DNA of 64,000 bases, taken from NCBI GenBank assembly GCA_046539845.1, contig JBKHGE010000002.1, forward strand, positions 62,001-126,000, read 5' to 3'. This stretch comes from Desulfonatronovibrionaceae bacterium. GTDB lineage: Bacteria; Desulfobacterota; Desulfovibrionia; Desulfovibrionales; Desulfonatronovibrionaceae. Shown here in pieces: positions 29,861-38,403 of this stretch (position 1 is its first letter; each line of letters begins with the position of its first letter). Below the pieces are notes generated by a model that did no database searches, was not told the origin of the DNA, and saw nothing but the letters and a program-made list of their open reading frames with translations. A program made the translations under genes and the position numbers.

Positions 29861-31240
29861 ATGCCGGAGAAAATGCTGATTGTGGATGACGAAGAGGATA
29901 TCTGTTTTTCCCTGCGCGGGATACTGGAAGACGAGGGATACCGGGTGGAGCAGGCCCCGGACGGGGAGAGCGCCCTGGAGAAGATGGACCGGGATACGGA
30001 TGTGGTGTTTTTGGATATATGGCTGCCGGGGATTGACGGCTTGGAGGTCTTGGATAGGCTGCGCTCGGATTTCCCGGATGCAGTAGTGGTCATGATTTCC
30101 GGGCACGGCAATATCGAGACCGCGGTCAAGGCGATCAAGAAAGGGGCCTTTGATTTTATTGAGAAGCCTCTTTCCCTGGAAAAGGTCTTGGTCACCGCGG
30201 GTAAGGCTTTAGAATTCCGCAGGATAAAGGTGGAGAACAGGGATCTGCGCAGTCAGATCAGCCACAAGGGGGTCACGGACATTTCCGGGGATTCGGCCCC
30301 CATTCGCAGGCTGCGGCAGGTAATAGACCGTGTGGCCGGGGTCAACTCCTGGGTGCTTATAACCGGGGAGAACGGGACCGGGAAGGAGATCGTGGCCCGG
30401 GCCATCCACGCCCGAAGCCGGCAGGCGTCCAAGCCCATGGTGGCGGTGAACTGCGCGGCCATACCAGAAGAGCTGATCGAATCCGAGCTTTTCGGGCACG
30501 AGAAAGGGGCGTTTACCGGGGCCAACGATTCCCGGCGGGGAAAGTTCGAGCAGGCGGACGGGGGGATCCTTTTTCTGGACGAGATCGGGGACATGAGCAT
30601 GAAGACCCAGGCCAAGATCCTGCGCATCCTTCAGGAACAAAAATTCGAGAGGGTGGGCGGGCGCAGGACCATTGAGGTGAATGTACGGGTCATAGCCGCG
30701 ACCAACAAGGATCTGGAGCAGGAAATAAAAGAGAACAGGTTTCGCCAGGACCTTTATTTCCGTCTGAATGTCTTTCCCATCCATGTACCGGCCCTAAGGG
30801 AGCGGCTCCAGGACATCCCGGCCCTGTTGCAGGAATTCGTGCACGGATTCTCCGAGGAACACAACTTCAAGCCCATAAGCTTTTCCAGAGCAGCGGTGCG
30901 CAGACTGCAGGAGATGGACTGGCCGGGAAATGTCCGGGAGTTGAAGAATTTTGTGGAACGGATGTATATCCTGTATCCCGGCCAGGAGATAACCGAGGAT
31001 ATACTCGGTTTGGTGGATCAGGCCGAAACCGGGGAGGAACCGCGCGGAGAGCAGGAACACCTGCAGGAATTGCTCCATGCCGGGGATTTCAAGGAGGCCC
31101 GGGCCGAGTTCGAGGCCGCGTATCTGAAGGAGAAGCTCAAAGAGTTCGGGGGCAATATATCCAGGGTGGCCGAAGCCATTGGACTGGAACGCAGTTCTTT
31201 GCACCGCAAGCTCAAGGGTTACGGGATCAAGACCGGCTGA
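29861..31240 (+). CDS. ntrX: NtrX-like sigma-54-interaction response regulator
   Basis: REC (LDIWLP, SGHGNIETAV), GENGTGKE, GAFTGA, WPGNVREL, Fis HTH; ATG 29861 after GGAG. Confidence 0.88.
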   Translation: MPEKMLIVDDEEDICFSLRGILEDEGYRVEQAPDGESALEKMDRDTDVVFLDIWLPGIDGLEVLDRLRSDFPDAVVVMISGHGNIETAVKAIKKGAFDFIEKPLSLEKVLVTAGKALEFRRIKVENRDLRSQISHKGVTDISGDSAPIRRLRQVIDRVAGVNSWVLITGENGTGKEIVARAIHARSRQASKPMVAVNCAAIPEELIESELFGHEKGAFTGANDSRRGKFEQADGGILFLDEIGDMSMKTQAKILRILQEQKFERVGGRRTIEVNVRVIAATNKDLEQEIKENRFRQDLYFRLNVFPIHVPALRERLQDIPALLQEFVHGFSEEHNFKPISFSRAAVRRLQEMDWPGNVRELKNFVERMYILYPGQEITEDILGLVDQAETGEEPRGEQEHLQELLHAGDFKEARAEFEAAYLKEKLKEFGGNISRVAEAIGLERSSLHRKLKGYGIKTG

Positions 31241-31912
31241 TTATCCCCTTATCCAGATGACGTTTTCCATCCGGCCCTGGTCTTTGCTCCGGCGGTAGGA
31301 AAAAAAGGCCTCGCTCAGGCAGTGGGTGCACAGATCCAGGCTGAAGATGTTCTCCCGGCGCATTCCGGCCGTAAGCAGTTGATCCCGGGTCAGGCTCCAC
31401 AGATCCAGGCACGAGTTCTCCAAATTGAGATAGCCGAGCATAGACTGCGGCCAATGCCGCTCAAAATCGCGAAACTCACTGCATCCCGGTCCCAGGCTTG
31501 GGCCGCGTACCGCCAGGATGTCCTCCGGGTCCAGGCGGTAGAACTCACAGAACCGCTTTATCCCCGTAGCCGGGAATCCGGCCCTGTTTCCCCGCCACCC
31601 GCAGTGCAGAGCCAAAATATATTTCCCGGATTTGTCCGCGACCATAATCGGCTGGCAGTCAGCGGTCCTGATCAGCAGTGCCTGACCGGGGGCGGACGAG
31701 GCCTGACCGTCCGCCTCCGGGAGCGGGTCCGCCTCCCCGGGCTCAAAGAAAATATTGGTGCCGTGCACCTGGTTGAGTTCCCTGCGTTCAAATATGCCCA
31801 GCTCTGGCTCGGTTTCTTGATTGTCTGCCGGGACGCTGATTTTGGTCCCGAAGTAGCAGCCGATATTCGGCACTCCGGGAAAGGAAAACCGGATCAGATA
31901 GGGCCAGGCCAT
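31241..31912 (-). CDS. YfiH/PgeF family (laccase-domain) protein
   Basis: QVHG, TADCQPI, LHCGWRG, GPSLGP, FFSYRR. Confidence 0.9.
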   Translation of the reverse strand: MAWPYLIRFSFPGVPNIGCYFGTKISVPADNQETEPELGIFERRELNQVHGTNIFFEPGEADPLPEADGQASSAPGQALLIRTADCQPIMVADKSGKYILALHCGWRGNRAGFPATGIKRFCEFYRLDPEDILAVRGPSLGPGCSEFRDFERHWPQSMLGYLNLENSCLDLWSLTRDQLLTAGMRRENIFSLDLCTHCLSEAFFSYRRSKDQGRMENVIWIRG

Positions 31913-32482
31913 TTAGTAGGTACTCCTTGTCTCATTTTCGGTTACCACATAGTAGACCGGCTCGTCCCAAGGTTCGGCCGGGATCTCCGGGACCAGCTGA
32001 AAATGATAGGCGGCGCCGACGAGCATGCGGCAGTGATTATCCGCTATAAAGCGGTCGTAATATCCCCCACCGAACCCCAGGCGGTATCCGCGGCTGTCAA
32101 AGGCCACCCCGGGCAGGATAAAGGCCTTTATCCCGGAACAGGAAATCGGCCGGCGCTGTGCCCGGACCGGCTCCCGGATCCCGAATTTGCCTTCCTGGAG
32201 TTCGTCACTCCCGTCTACTCGGAAAAAATCCATTTTTCCTTTCTCCCGACAGCAGGGGAGGACCGGATACGCCCCGATGTCCAGCAGGTGTTCGAATAAA
32301 GGCCAGGTATCTACTTCGTTTCTTATGGGCAGGTACAGACCGATGTACTCGCCGGGACAGATATTGCATAGCTCAAGTATGCTCGAGACTATTGTCCGGC
32401 TCTTTTCCCGCACCTCAGCGACCGGCATATCCTGTCTGCGCCTTACCATCTCTTGGCGCAGCTCCTTCTTGTCTGCGGTCAA
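31913..32482 (-). CDS. ygfA: 5-formyltetrahydrofolate cyclo-ligase
   Basis: KKELRQ, FGIREP, PGVAFD..GYRLGFGGGYYDRF, EPWD. Confidence 0.93.
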   Translation of the reverse strand: MTADKKELRQEMVRRRQDMPVAEVREKSRTIVSSILELCNICPGEYIGLYLPIRNEVDTWPLFEHLLDIGAYPVLPCCREKGKMDFFRVDGSDELQEGKFGIREPVRAQRRPISCSGIKAFILPGVAFDSRGYRLGFGGGYYDRFIADNHCRMLVGAAYHFQLVPEIPAEPWDEPVYYVVTENETRSTY

Positions 32483-32579
32483 TGCGTTTCCCCCTGTTGT
32501 TTTTTGCCTGTATAACGGTTAATTGCCCAGGTTGAAAGGGGCTATTTAAGGGCCGGCAAAATCTTTTTTTAGGGATAAA

Positions 32580-33611
32580 ATGAAGATACTCAATCTGGAA
32601 GGACGCCATTTGGTCCAGGCCTGGCGCAACCAGGGACACGAGGTCTTGAGCATCGGCCCGGAACGGGCCTGTGACATCCGGGTCAGCCGCACCCTGTCTT
32701 TGAGTCGTTTGTGGTCTATCCTGCGGGAATATGAATTTTTCCCGGACCTTGTCTTCTGGAACGATAACTGCCGCCCGCCCTCGGTCATCGGTTTCGAAAC
32801 CCTGCCCTGTCCGTGCATAGGCTTTTCCATTGACCAGTACTGCAACCCCTGGCATGTGCCCTACAGCGCTGGATTTGACCTCATGCTCGTGGCCCAGAAG
32901 GATTATCTGCAGTTTTTCGGCCGTCATCCCGTACATCCGGAAGGGAGGTGGTTTCCGCTTTTCTGCAATCCGGATCGGGACTGGGACCGGGGTGAAGAGC
33001 GGGACATACCGGTCGGCTTTGTTGGTACCCTGGACCCCCCGCTCAATCCGGAGAGAAAACCTTTTTTGCTGCGCTTTAAGGAAGAATTGTCTTTGCATAT
33101 GACCACCGGGGATTATGTGCCGGTCTTTAATCGCTGCCGGCTGGTGTTGAATCAAAGCGCGGCCGGGGAACTCAATTTCCGTATATTCCAGGCCGCTGCC
33201 TGTGGCGCAGCGGTACTCACCGAGGAATGTGGCAACGGCCTGCTCGACCTCTTCGCGCCCACCCGGGAATTGTTTGTCTATCCCCGGGGAAATATTTCGG
33301 TCGCTACCCGGGTATGCTCGATTGTCCTGGAGCGTCCGCACAAGACGGCCGAGGTGGCCAGAAGGGGTCGGGAGAAAGTGCTCCGCCAGCATTCAGCCCC
33401 GGTCCGGGCCAGGGAGGTGATCCGGATGGCCCGGGAAGTTATCCGGGAAAGGACCTTGGACAGGAGATTGGGCAATAGGGCCGCAGTTGCCCGTGAGCTG
33501 GCCAAGGCCTATATGTTTTTGGCCACCGATAAAGGACTCCCGCTTACCCTGGAGCTACGCCATTTTTATCTGCAGGCGGCCCAAAAATATCAAAAGGCCT
33601 TTCCCGGGTGA
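32580..33611 (+). CDS. Glycosyltransferase (CgeB-like / Glyco_trans_1_2)
   Basis: VGFVGT, LVLNQS..ELNFRIFQAAACG, ARRGREKVLRQH. Confidence 0.8.
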   Translation: MKILNLEGRHLVQAWRNQGHEVLSIGPERACDIRVSRTLSLSRLWSILREYEFFPDLVFWNDNCRPPSVIGFETLPCPCIGFSIDQYCNPWHVPYSAGFDLMLVAQKDYLQFFGRHPVHPEGRWFPLFCNPDRDWDRGEERDIPVGFVGTLDPPLNPERKPFLLRFKEELSLHMTTGDYVPVFNRCRLVLNQSAAGELNFRIFQAAACGAAVLTEECGNGLLDLFAPTRELFVYPRGNISVATRVCSIVLERPHKTAEVARRGREKVLRQHSAPVRAREVIRMAREVIRERTLDRRLGNRAAVARELAKAYMFLATDKGLPLTLELRHFYLQAAQKYQKAFPG

Positions 33612-33708
33612 TTCGGGGCGTTTTTTCAAGGCTGCCGCCAGTTGACATCAGGGCGGGAATAAATCAGGGTCAAAGCTCAAACGCGGCTAATTTGTGCCTG
33701 CAGCGGAA

Positions 33709-33730
33709 AGGGTATAAAAATTTATACCCT
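33709..33730. promoter_or_regulatory. Palindrome with perfect 10-bp arms, putative regulator site
   Basis: AGGGTATAAA-AA-TTTATACCCT; 19/22 identical to the site at 1411-1432. Confidence 0.65.
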
Positions 33731-33767
33731 GTGTTGCAGTACCTTTGGGTGCTTTTAACGCGGGGTC

Positions 33768-33783
33768 CGGCACTTAAATTGAA
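33768..33783 (+). promoter_or_regulatory. Possible sigma-54 promoter (non-canonical -12)
   Basis: CGGCACTTAAATTGAA: GGCAC-N5-TTG with GA instead of GC. Confidence 0.4.
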
Positions 33784-33851
33784 ATTCGAGTGCCGGGGGG
33801 CCAAACATAAACCGGCCGGGGGTTGTGCCGCCCGGTAGCAAAGAGATGTAT

Positions 33852-34019
33852 ATGAACAAGAAGGAAGCGGTCTTCCGGGGGGTGATAATGGGCGGCTCCA
33901 TAGGCCTGATTGCCGGATGGTTCGGAATGAACCCTCCCCGGGCACTTGCCTTGGGTCTGGCGTGCGGCCTTTTGGCCGGAGTGACCAAGGCCTTGGTGGA
34001 CAAAAAAAAGGGTCAGTAG
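33852..34019 (+). CDS. Small two-TM glycine-rich membrane protein (55 aa)
   Basis: MNKKEAVFRGVIMGGSIGLIAGWFGMNPPRALALGLACGLLAGVTKALVDKKKGQ; basic termini, two hydrophobic helices; 3' end overlaps the uvrA stop. Confidence 0.7.
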   Translation: MNKKEAVFRGVIMGGSIGLIAGWFGMNPPRALALGLACGLLAGVTKALVDKKKGQ

Positions 34020-36760
34020 TCTTTGAGGAAGGCCCCGGTTATCGAATTTGGGTCGTTTTTGATCTCCTCCGGGGTACCTGCGGCAACTATTTGGCCTCCG
34101 TATTCTCCGCCCCCGGGGCCCAAGTCCAGGATATAGTCCGCGCTGTAGACCACATCCAGATTGTGCTCGATCACGATTACGGTCGCTCCCTTGTCCACCA
34201 GCTGATTCAAGACCTGGATCAGTTTGCCCACCTCATGCATGTGCAGTCCGGTGGTGGGTTCGTCCAGGATGTACAGTGTGCCGGGCAGGCTCCGTTTGCC
34301 CAGTTCGCGGGATATCTTGATCCGCTGGGCCTCCCCTCCGGAGAGCGTGGTCGCTGGCTGGCCTAGTTTCAGATATTCCAGACCCACGCGCTCCAAAATA
34401 TCCAGCCTGCGCTTTAAAGTCGGGTAGCTGTTAAAGAACTCTTTGGCCTGGCGTACGGTCAGATCCAGGACCTCGGAGATATTTTTGCCTTTGTACTCAA
34501 TTTCCAGGGTCTCCCGGTTGTAGCGTTTTCCCTTGCAGGTCTCACAGGTAACGAACACATCAGGCAGAAAATGCATTTCCACCCGGATCAGGCCGTCACC
34601 TCCGCAGGCCTCGCACCTTCCCCCGCGCACATTGAAGCTGAACCGTCCCGGCCGGTATCCCCTTTTCCGGGCTTCCTTGGTTGCGGCGAATATTTTGCGG
34701 ATTTCGTCAAAGACCTTGGTATAGGTGGCCGGGTTGGAACGTGGGGTGCGGCCGATCGGGCTCTGGTCGATGGAGATCACCTTTTCTATCGCCTCCCTGC
34801 CCTTCAGCCCGCCGATGGTCCCGGGGTTGTCCACCCGGATCCCCCGGCGCAGGGCCAGGTGTTTGTACAGGGAGTCTACTACCAGGGAGCTCTTGCCCGA
34901 CCCGGAGACCCCGGTGACCACGTTCAGACAGCCCAAAGGCATGCCGCAATCCACGTTTTTCAGATTGTTGGTGCTGACCTTTTTCATCCATAGCCATCCG
35001 GCCGGGGATCTCCTGTTTTCCGGCCTGGGGATCTTCAGGTCCCCGCGCAGATACTTCCCGGTCAAAGAATCCGGCTTGGCTCGCAGGCCGGCCACGTCTC
35101 CGGAATAAATGATCTCCCCGCCTCTGGCCCCGGAACCCGGCCCGAGTTCAAGGATATAATCTGCGTTCAGGATGGTATCCTGGTCGTGCTCGACTACTAT
35201 CACGGTGTTTCCGCGGCCGCGCAGGCTTGCCAGGGCCTGGAGCAGGCGATTGTTGTCCCTGGGATGCAGGCCGATGCTCGGTTCGTCCAGGACATAGGTC
35301 ACCCCGACCAGTCCGGATCCCAGTTGGCCGGCCAGGCGGATGCGCTGGGCCTCGCCCCCGGAGAGTGTGGACATGTTCCTGCCCAGGTTGAGGTAATCCA
35401 GACCCACCCGGGACAAAAATTCCAGTCTGTGCTTCAGTTCAGCCACCAGGGGAGCGGCTATTCTGGATTGTACACCGCTGAATTCAAGGCCGGAAACCCA
35501 TTTGAGCGCCTTGTCCACGGACATGTTCACGAAGTCAAAGATATTTATGTCCCGGACATACACAGCCAGGGCCTCGGGCCTAAGCCTGGCCCCTGCGCAG
35601 ACGGAGCAGGGCCGGGCCTGGCGGAAACGGGCCAGCTCGTCCCTCCAGGCAAAACCCAGGCCAAAGCCCTGTTCAAGGATACCTACTATCCCTTCCCAAT
35701 CTATATCCGGATCGCCATAGAAAAGGGCGGCAAGGGCTGCGTCTGAATAGTCGCAAAGCGGGGTATCCGCATCGAATCCGTATTTTTCACCCACCTCCTG
35801 CAGCCGGGGTAGAAATTTGTCCAGAGTCTTGCCCTTTTTAAGCGGGATCAATGCCCCCTGTCTTATGCTCAGGCCGTGATTGGGCGCGATCAGATGCGGC
35901 TCAAAGTATTCCACATTTCCGATCCCGGAGCATTGCGGACAGGCCCCTTGGGGGCTGTTAAAGGAAAAAAGCTGCGGGGAAGGACTGGGCAGGGACAGAC
36001 CGCAGTCCGGGCATACGGCTTCGGTGCTTAAGAAGAGCTCCTCTTTGTTTATGATCTGTACCCGGATACGGCCTCGGCCCAGGGAGAGGGCCAGCTCCAC
36101 TGAGTCCGCCAGTCGCCTGCGGATGTCCGGCTTGATGGCCAGCCGGTCCACGACCAGGTCTATATTGTGCTTCTTTTTCGGGTCCGGTTCCGGCAGGGGA
36201 TCTAACCCGGCAATCTCTCCGTCTATCCGGACGCGGACAAATCCCTGGGCCTTCATCTTCTTCAAAAGCTCCTTGTGTGCCCCTTTTTTGTCCTCCACAA
36301 GCGGGGCCAGGACCATGAACTTTTCTTTGTCCTCCAGGGAAAGGATGCGATCAATGATCCGGTCCTCGGTCTGGGCCCGGACCGGCAGACTGCATTTTGG
36401 GCAGTACGGCACACCCAAACGGGCGAAAAACACGCGCAGGAAGTCGTAGATCTCGGTGACCGTGCCCACTGTAGAGCGGGGGTTCTTGGCCAGGGTCTGC
36501 TGTTCCAGGGAGATGGCCGGGGAGAGCCCCTGGATGTTTTCCACCTGGGGCTTGTCCATCTGGGGCAAAAACTGTCTGGCATACGCGGACAGGGACTCCA
36601 CATACCTACGCTGTCCCTCGGCGTAGATTATGTCAAAGGCAAGGGTGGACTTTCCGGAGCCGGAGGGGCCGCAGACCACGATCAGTCGGTTGTGAGGGAT
36701 ATCCAGGTCCAGATCCTTGAGGTTGTGGTGCCTGGCTCCCTTTATGCTTATCCAGTCCAT
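34013..36760 (-). CDS. uvrA: Excinuclease ABC subunit A
   Basis: GARHHNLK, two GxSGSGKS Walker A, two LSGGEAQRI, Zn fingers; start at ATG 36760. Confidence 0.98.
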   Translation of the reverse strand: MDWISIKGARHHNLKDLDLDIPHNRLIVVCGPSGSGKSTLAFDIIYAEGQRRYVESLSAYARQFLPQMDKPQVENIQGLSPAISLEQQTLAKNPRSTVGTVTEIYDFLRVFFARLGVPYCPKCSLPVRAQTEDRIIDRILSLEDKEKFMVLAPLVEDKKGAHKELLKKMKAQGFVRVRIDGEIAGLDPLPEPDPKKKHNIDLVVDRLAIKPDIRRRLADSVELALSLGRGRIRVQIINKEELFLSTEAVCPDCGLSLPSPSPQLFSFNSPQGACPQCSGIGNVEYFEPHLIAPNHGLSIRQGALIPLKKGKTLDKFLPRLQEVGEKYGFDADTPLCDYSDAALAALFYGDPDIDWEGIVGILEQGFGLGFAWRDELARFRQARPCSVCAGARLRPEALAVYVRDINIFDFVNMSVDKALKWVSGLEFSGVQSRIAAPLVAELKHRLEFLSRVGLDYLNLGRNMSTLSGGEAQRIRLAGQLGSGLVGVTYVLDEPSIGLHPRDNNRLLQALASLRGRGNTVIVVEHDQDTILNADYILELGPGSGARGGEIIYSGDVAGLRAKPDSLTGKYLRGDLKIPRPENRRSPAGWLWMKKVSTNNLKNVDCGMPLGCLNVVTGVSGSGKSSLVVDSLYKHLALRRGIRVDNPGTIGGLKGREAIEKVISIDQSPIGRTPRSNPATYTKVFDEIRKIFAATKEARKRGYRPGRFSFNVRGGRCEACGGDGLIRVEMHFLPDVFVTCETCKGKRYNRETLEIEYKGKNISEVLDLTVRQAKEFFNSYPTLKRRLDILERVGLEYLKLGQPATTLSGGEAQRIKISRELGKRSLPGTLYILDEPTTGLHMHEVGKLIQVLNQLVDKGATVIVIEHNLDVVYSADYILDLGPGGGEYGGQIVAAGTPEEIKNDPNSITGAFLKDY

Positions 36761-36761
36761 A

Positions 36762-37910
36762 TCAAAAGGAATCCATCCCGCTGTTGAGGCGCAGATAGAA
36801 GATGGTCCCTTTTTCCGGAGCGGATTCAAACCAGACCTCGCCTCGGAGGTACCTCTCCGAGAGCAGGCGTATGCTGTAGGTGCCCAGCCCCCTGGCCCTG
36901 CCCTTGGTGGAAAAGGAGCGTTTGAATATCTGGGAGCGGACTTCCTCGGACATATGCTGGTTGTTGTGTACCCAGATGAGCACTCCTTGCGGGTCCTGTT
37001 CCGCGCCCATGGTCACAGTCTCCCCGGACCCGGAGGCCTCCAGGGCGTTTTTGAGCATGTTCCCCAGCACCCGATAGAGGATCCTGGGGTCGGAAACCAC
37101 CTGCGTCTCTTGTTCCAGAAGGCGGAGCCTGATTTCCTTTTCCCGGGCCACCAGGTGTTCAGAATATCCGCTGCGCAGGTGCTGCAAAAAGGCGTTTATC
37201 CCTACTTTCTCCGGGTAGAGTTCCAGATCGTTTTTTTCCGCGGCCATAATATCCTTTTGGGCCTGGATCTGCTCCACTATGGCTTGGCACTGTTTGTCCG
37301 CCAGCTCGGCCAACTCCCGGTTGTCCTCATCTGTATTCTGCGCCAGCATCTGCAATATGCCCTGTACCCCGCCGGTGCTGTTTAAGATATCGTGGAAAAA
37401 TATTCGTTCCAGGATTTCCCGCCTTTTTTCGTGGCTGATGTCGGTTAGGTGAAAGGCGGAGAAAAAATAGCCCTGGACTGTTAACGGAGTGGCTGCCACA
37501 CGCAGGTCCAGGGCCTCGGTTTCCTGCTTGGCCCGGCGCAGTATCCGGCATTCCTGAGAGTAAATGTTCCCTTTCAGGCTGTTTACAATGGCCCGGGCCG
37601 CCCCGCAGTAGCGGCAAAAAGGGGTTGTTCCGCACCCTTTGTCCTCCTGGGCGTGGACGCAGTTCAGGATTTCCCCGGGCCTGGATCCGGTGAGCTCGGA
37701 CAGGTCTCGGCCGGTGACCTGCTCCAGGGCGCTGTTGCCCAGCACCAGCTGGCGCCTGTCGTTCAGTATCATGACCACGTCCGGGATCGCGTTCAGGACC
37801 GCCGGGATCGTCCCCGAGGCCAGAAAGGCCTTTTTCTGGTCCTCCAGGACTTCCGGTGCATAGATTTTTGCTGGAGCGAAGTGGGTTTTTTTTTGTGTCT
37901 TGACGCTCAT
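36762..37910 (-). CDS. Cytoplasmic PAS sensor histidine kinase with Cys cluster
   Basis: PAS with NCVHA..GCGTTPFCRYCG; FFHDILN H-box; NMLKNALEAS; FSTKG..RGLGTY; no TM segment. Confidence 0.88.
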   Translation of the reverse strand: MSVKTQKKTHFAPAKIYAPEVLEDQKKAFLASGTIPAVLNAIPDVVMILNDRRQLVLGNSALEQVTGRDLSELTGSRPGEILNCVHAQEDKGCGTTPFCRYCGAARAIVNSLKGNIYSQECRILRRAKQETEALDLRVAATPLTVQGYFFSAFHLTDISHEKRREILERIFFHDILNSTGGVQGILQMLAQNTDEDNRELAELADKQCQAIVEQIQAQKDIMAAEKNDLELYPEKVGINAFLQHLRSGYSEHLVAREKEIRLRLLEQETQVVSDPRILYRVLGNMLKNALEASGSGETVTMGAEQDPQGVLIWVHNNQHMSEEVRSQIFKRSFSTKGRARGLGTYSIRLLSERYLRGEVWFESAPEKGTIFYLRLNSGMDSF

Positions 37911-38403
37911 TTGTCTGCCCGGGTTTTTATCTTCAGCCTATTGCGGCTGTGGGGAGCAAAATCTTCAGGGCAGCCCATTATCGGGTGCGGACTAATTTTA
38001 GGAGCAATCCCGGAGATACGCAAGGGCCAAGTTATCTGCCTCTGATCCGGGCGCTGGCTGCGTTCATTTGACCGCGTCGGGCAGAAGGGGTAATTTGCTT
38101 GTCTGTGGGATCGTCCCTGCAGGGAAACCGGAAAACCACTGTCCTTTGCTGTTGTGCGCCATATTTTGTCTGCAGATGTCCCGGGTGCAACGCTTACTAA
38201 CAGCCGGTTGATTTTTTTATGGCCACCTTGTGACCAAAAGCTTAAATTTTTTACGTACGGCTTTTGTCGCTTCGGCCTTGGGCTTGTTTTACGCCGTTTT
38301 TTTAAGGATTTTCGAACGGACTGCAATATAAGGTTTTTTAACAGTCAGTTAGGAGGGGCAGTTTGTCAGCAGGCTTGATCTTTCTCTTTAGCGGACGAAA
38401 TCG

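Noticed and set aside
32483..32579. 6S RNA upstream of ygfA
   Set aside because: Only 97 bp separate ygfA from the divergent glycosyltransferase, too short for a ~180-nt 6S RNA.
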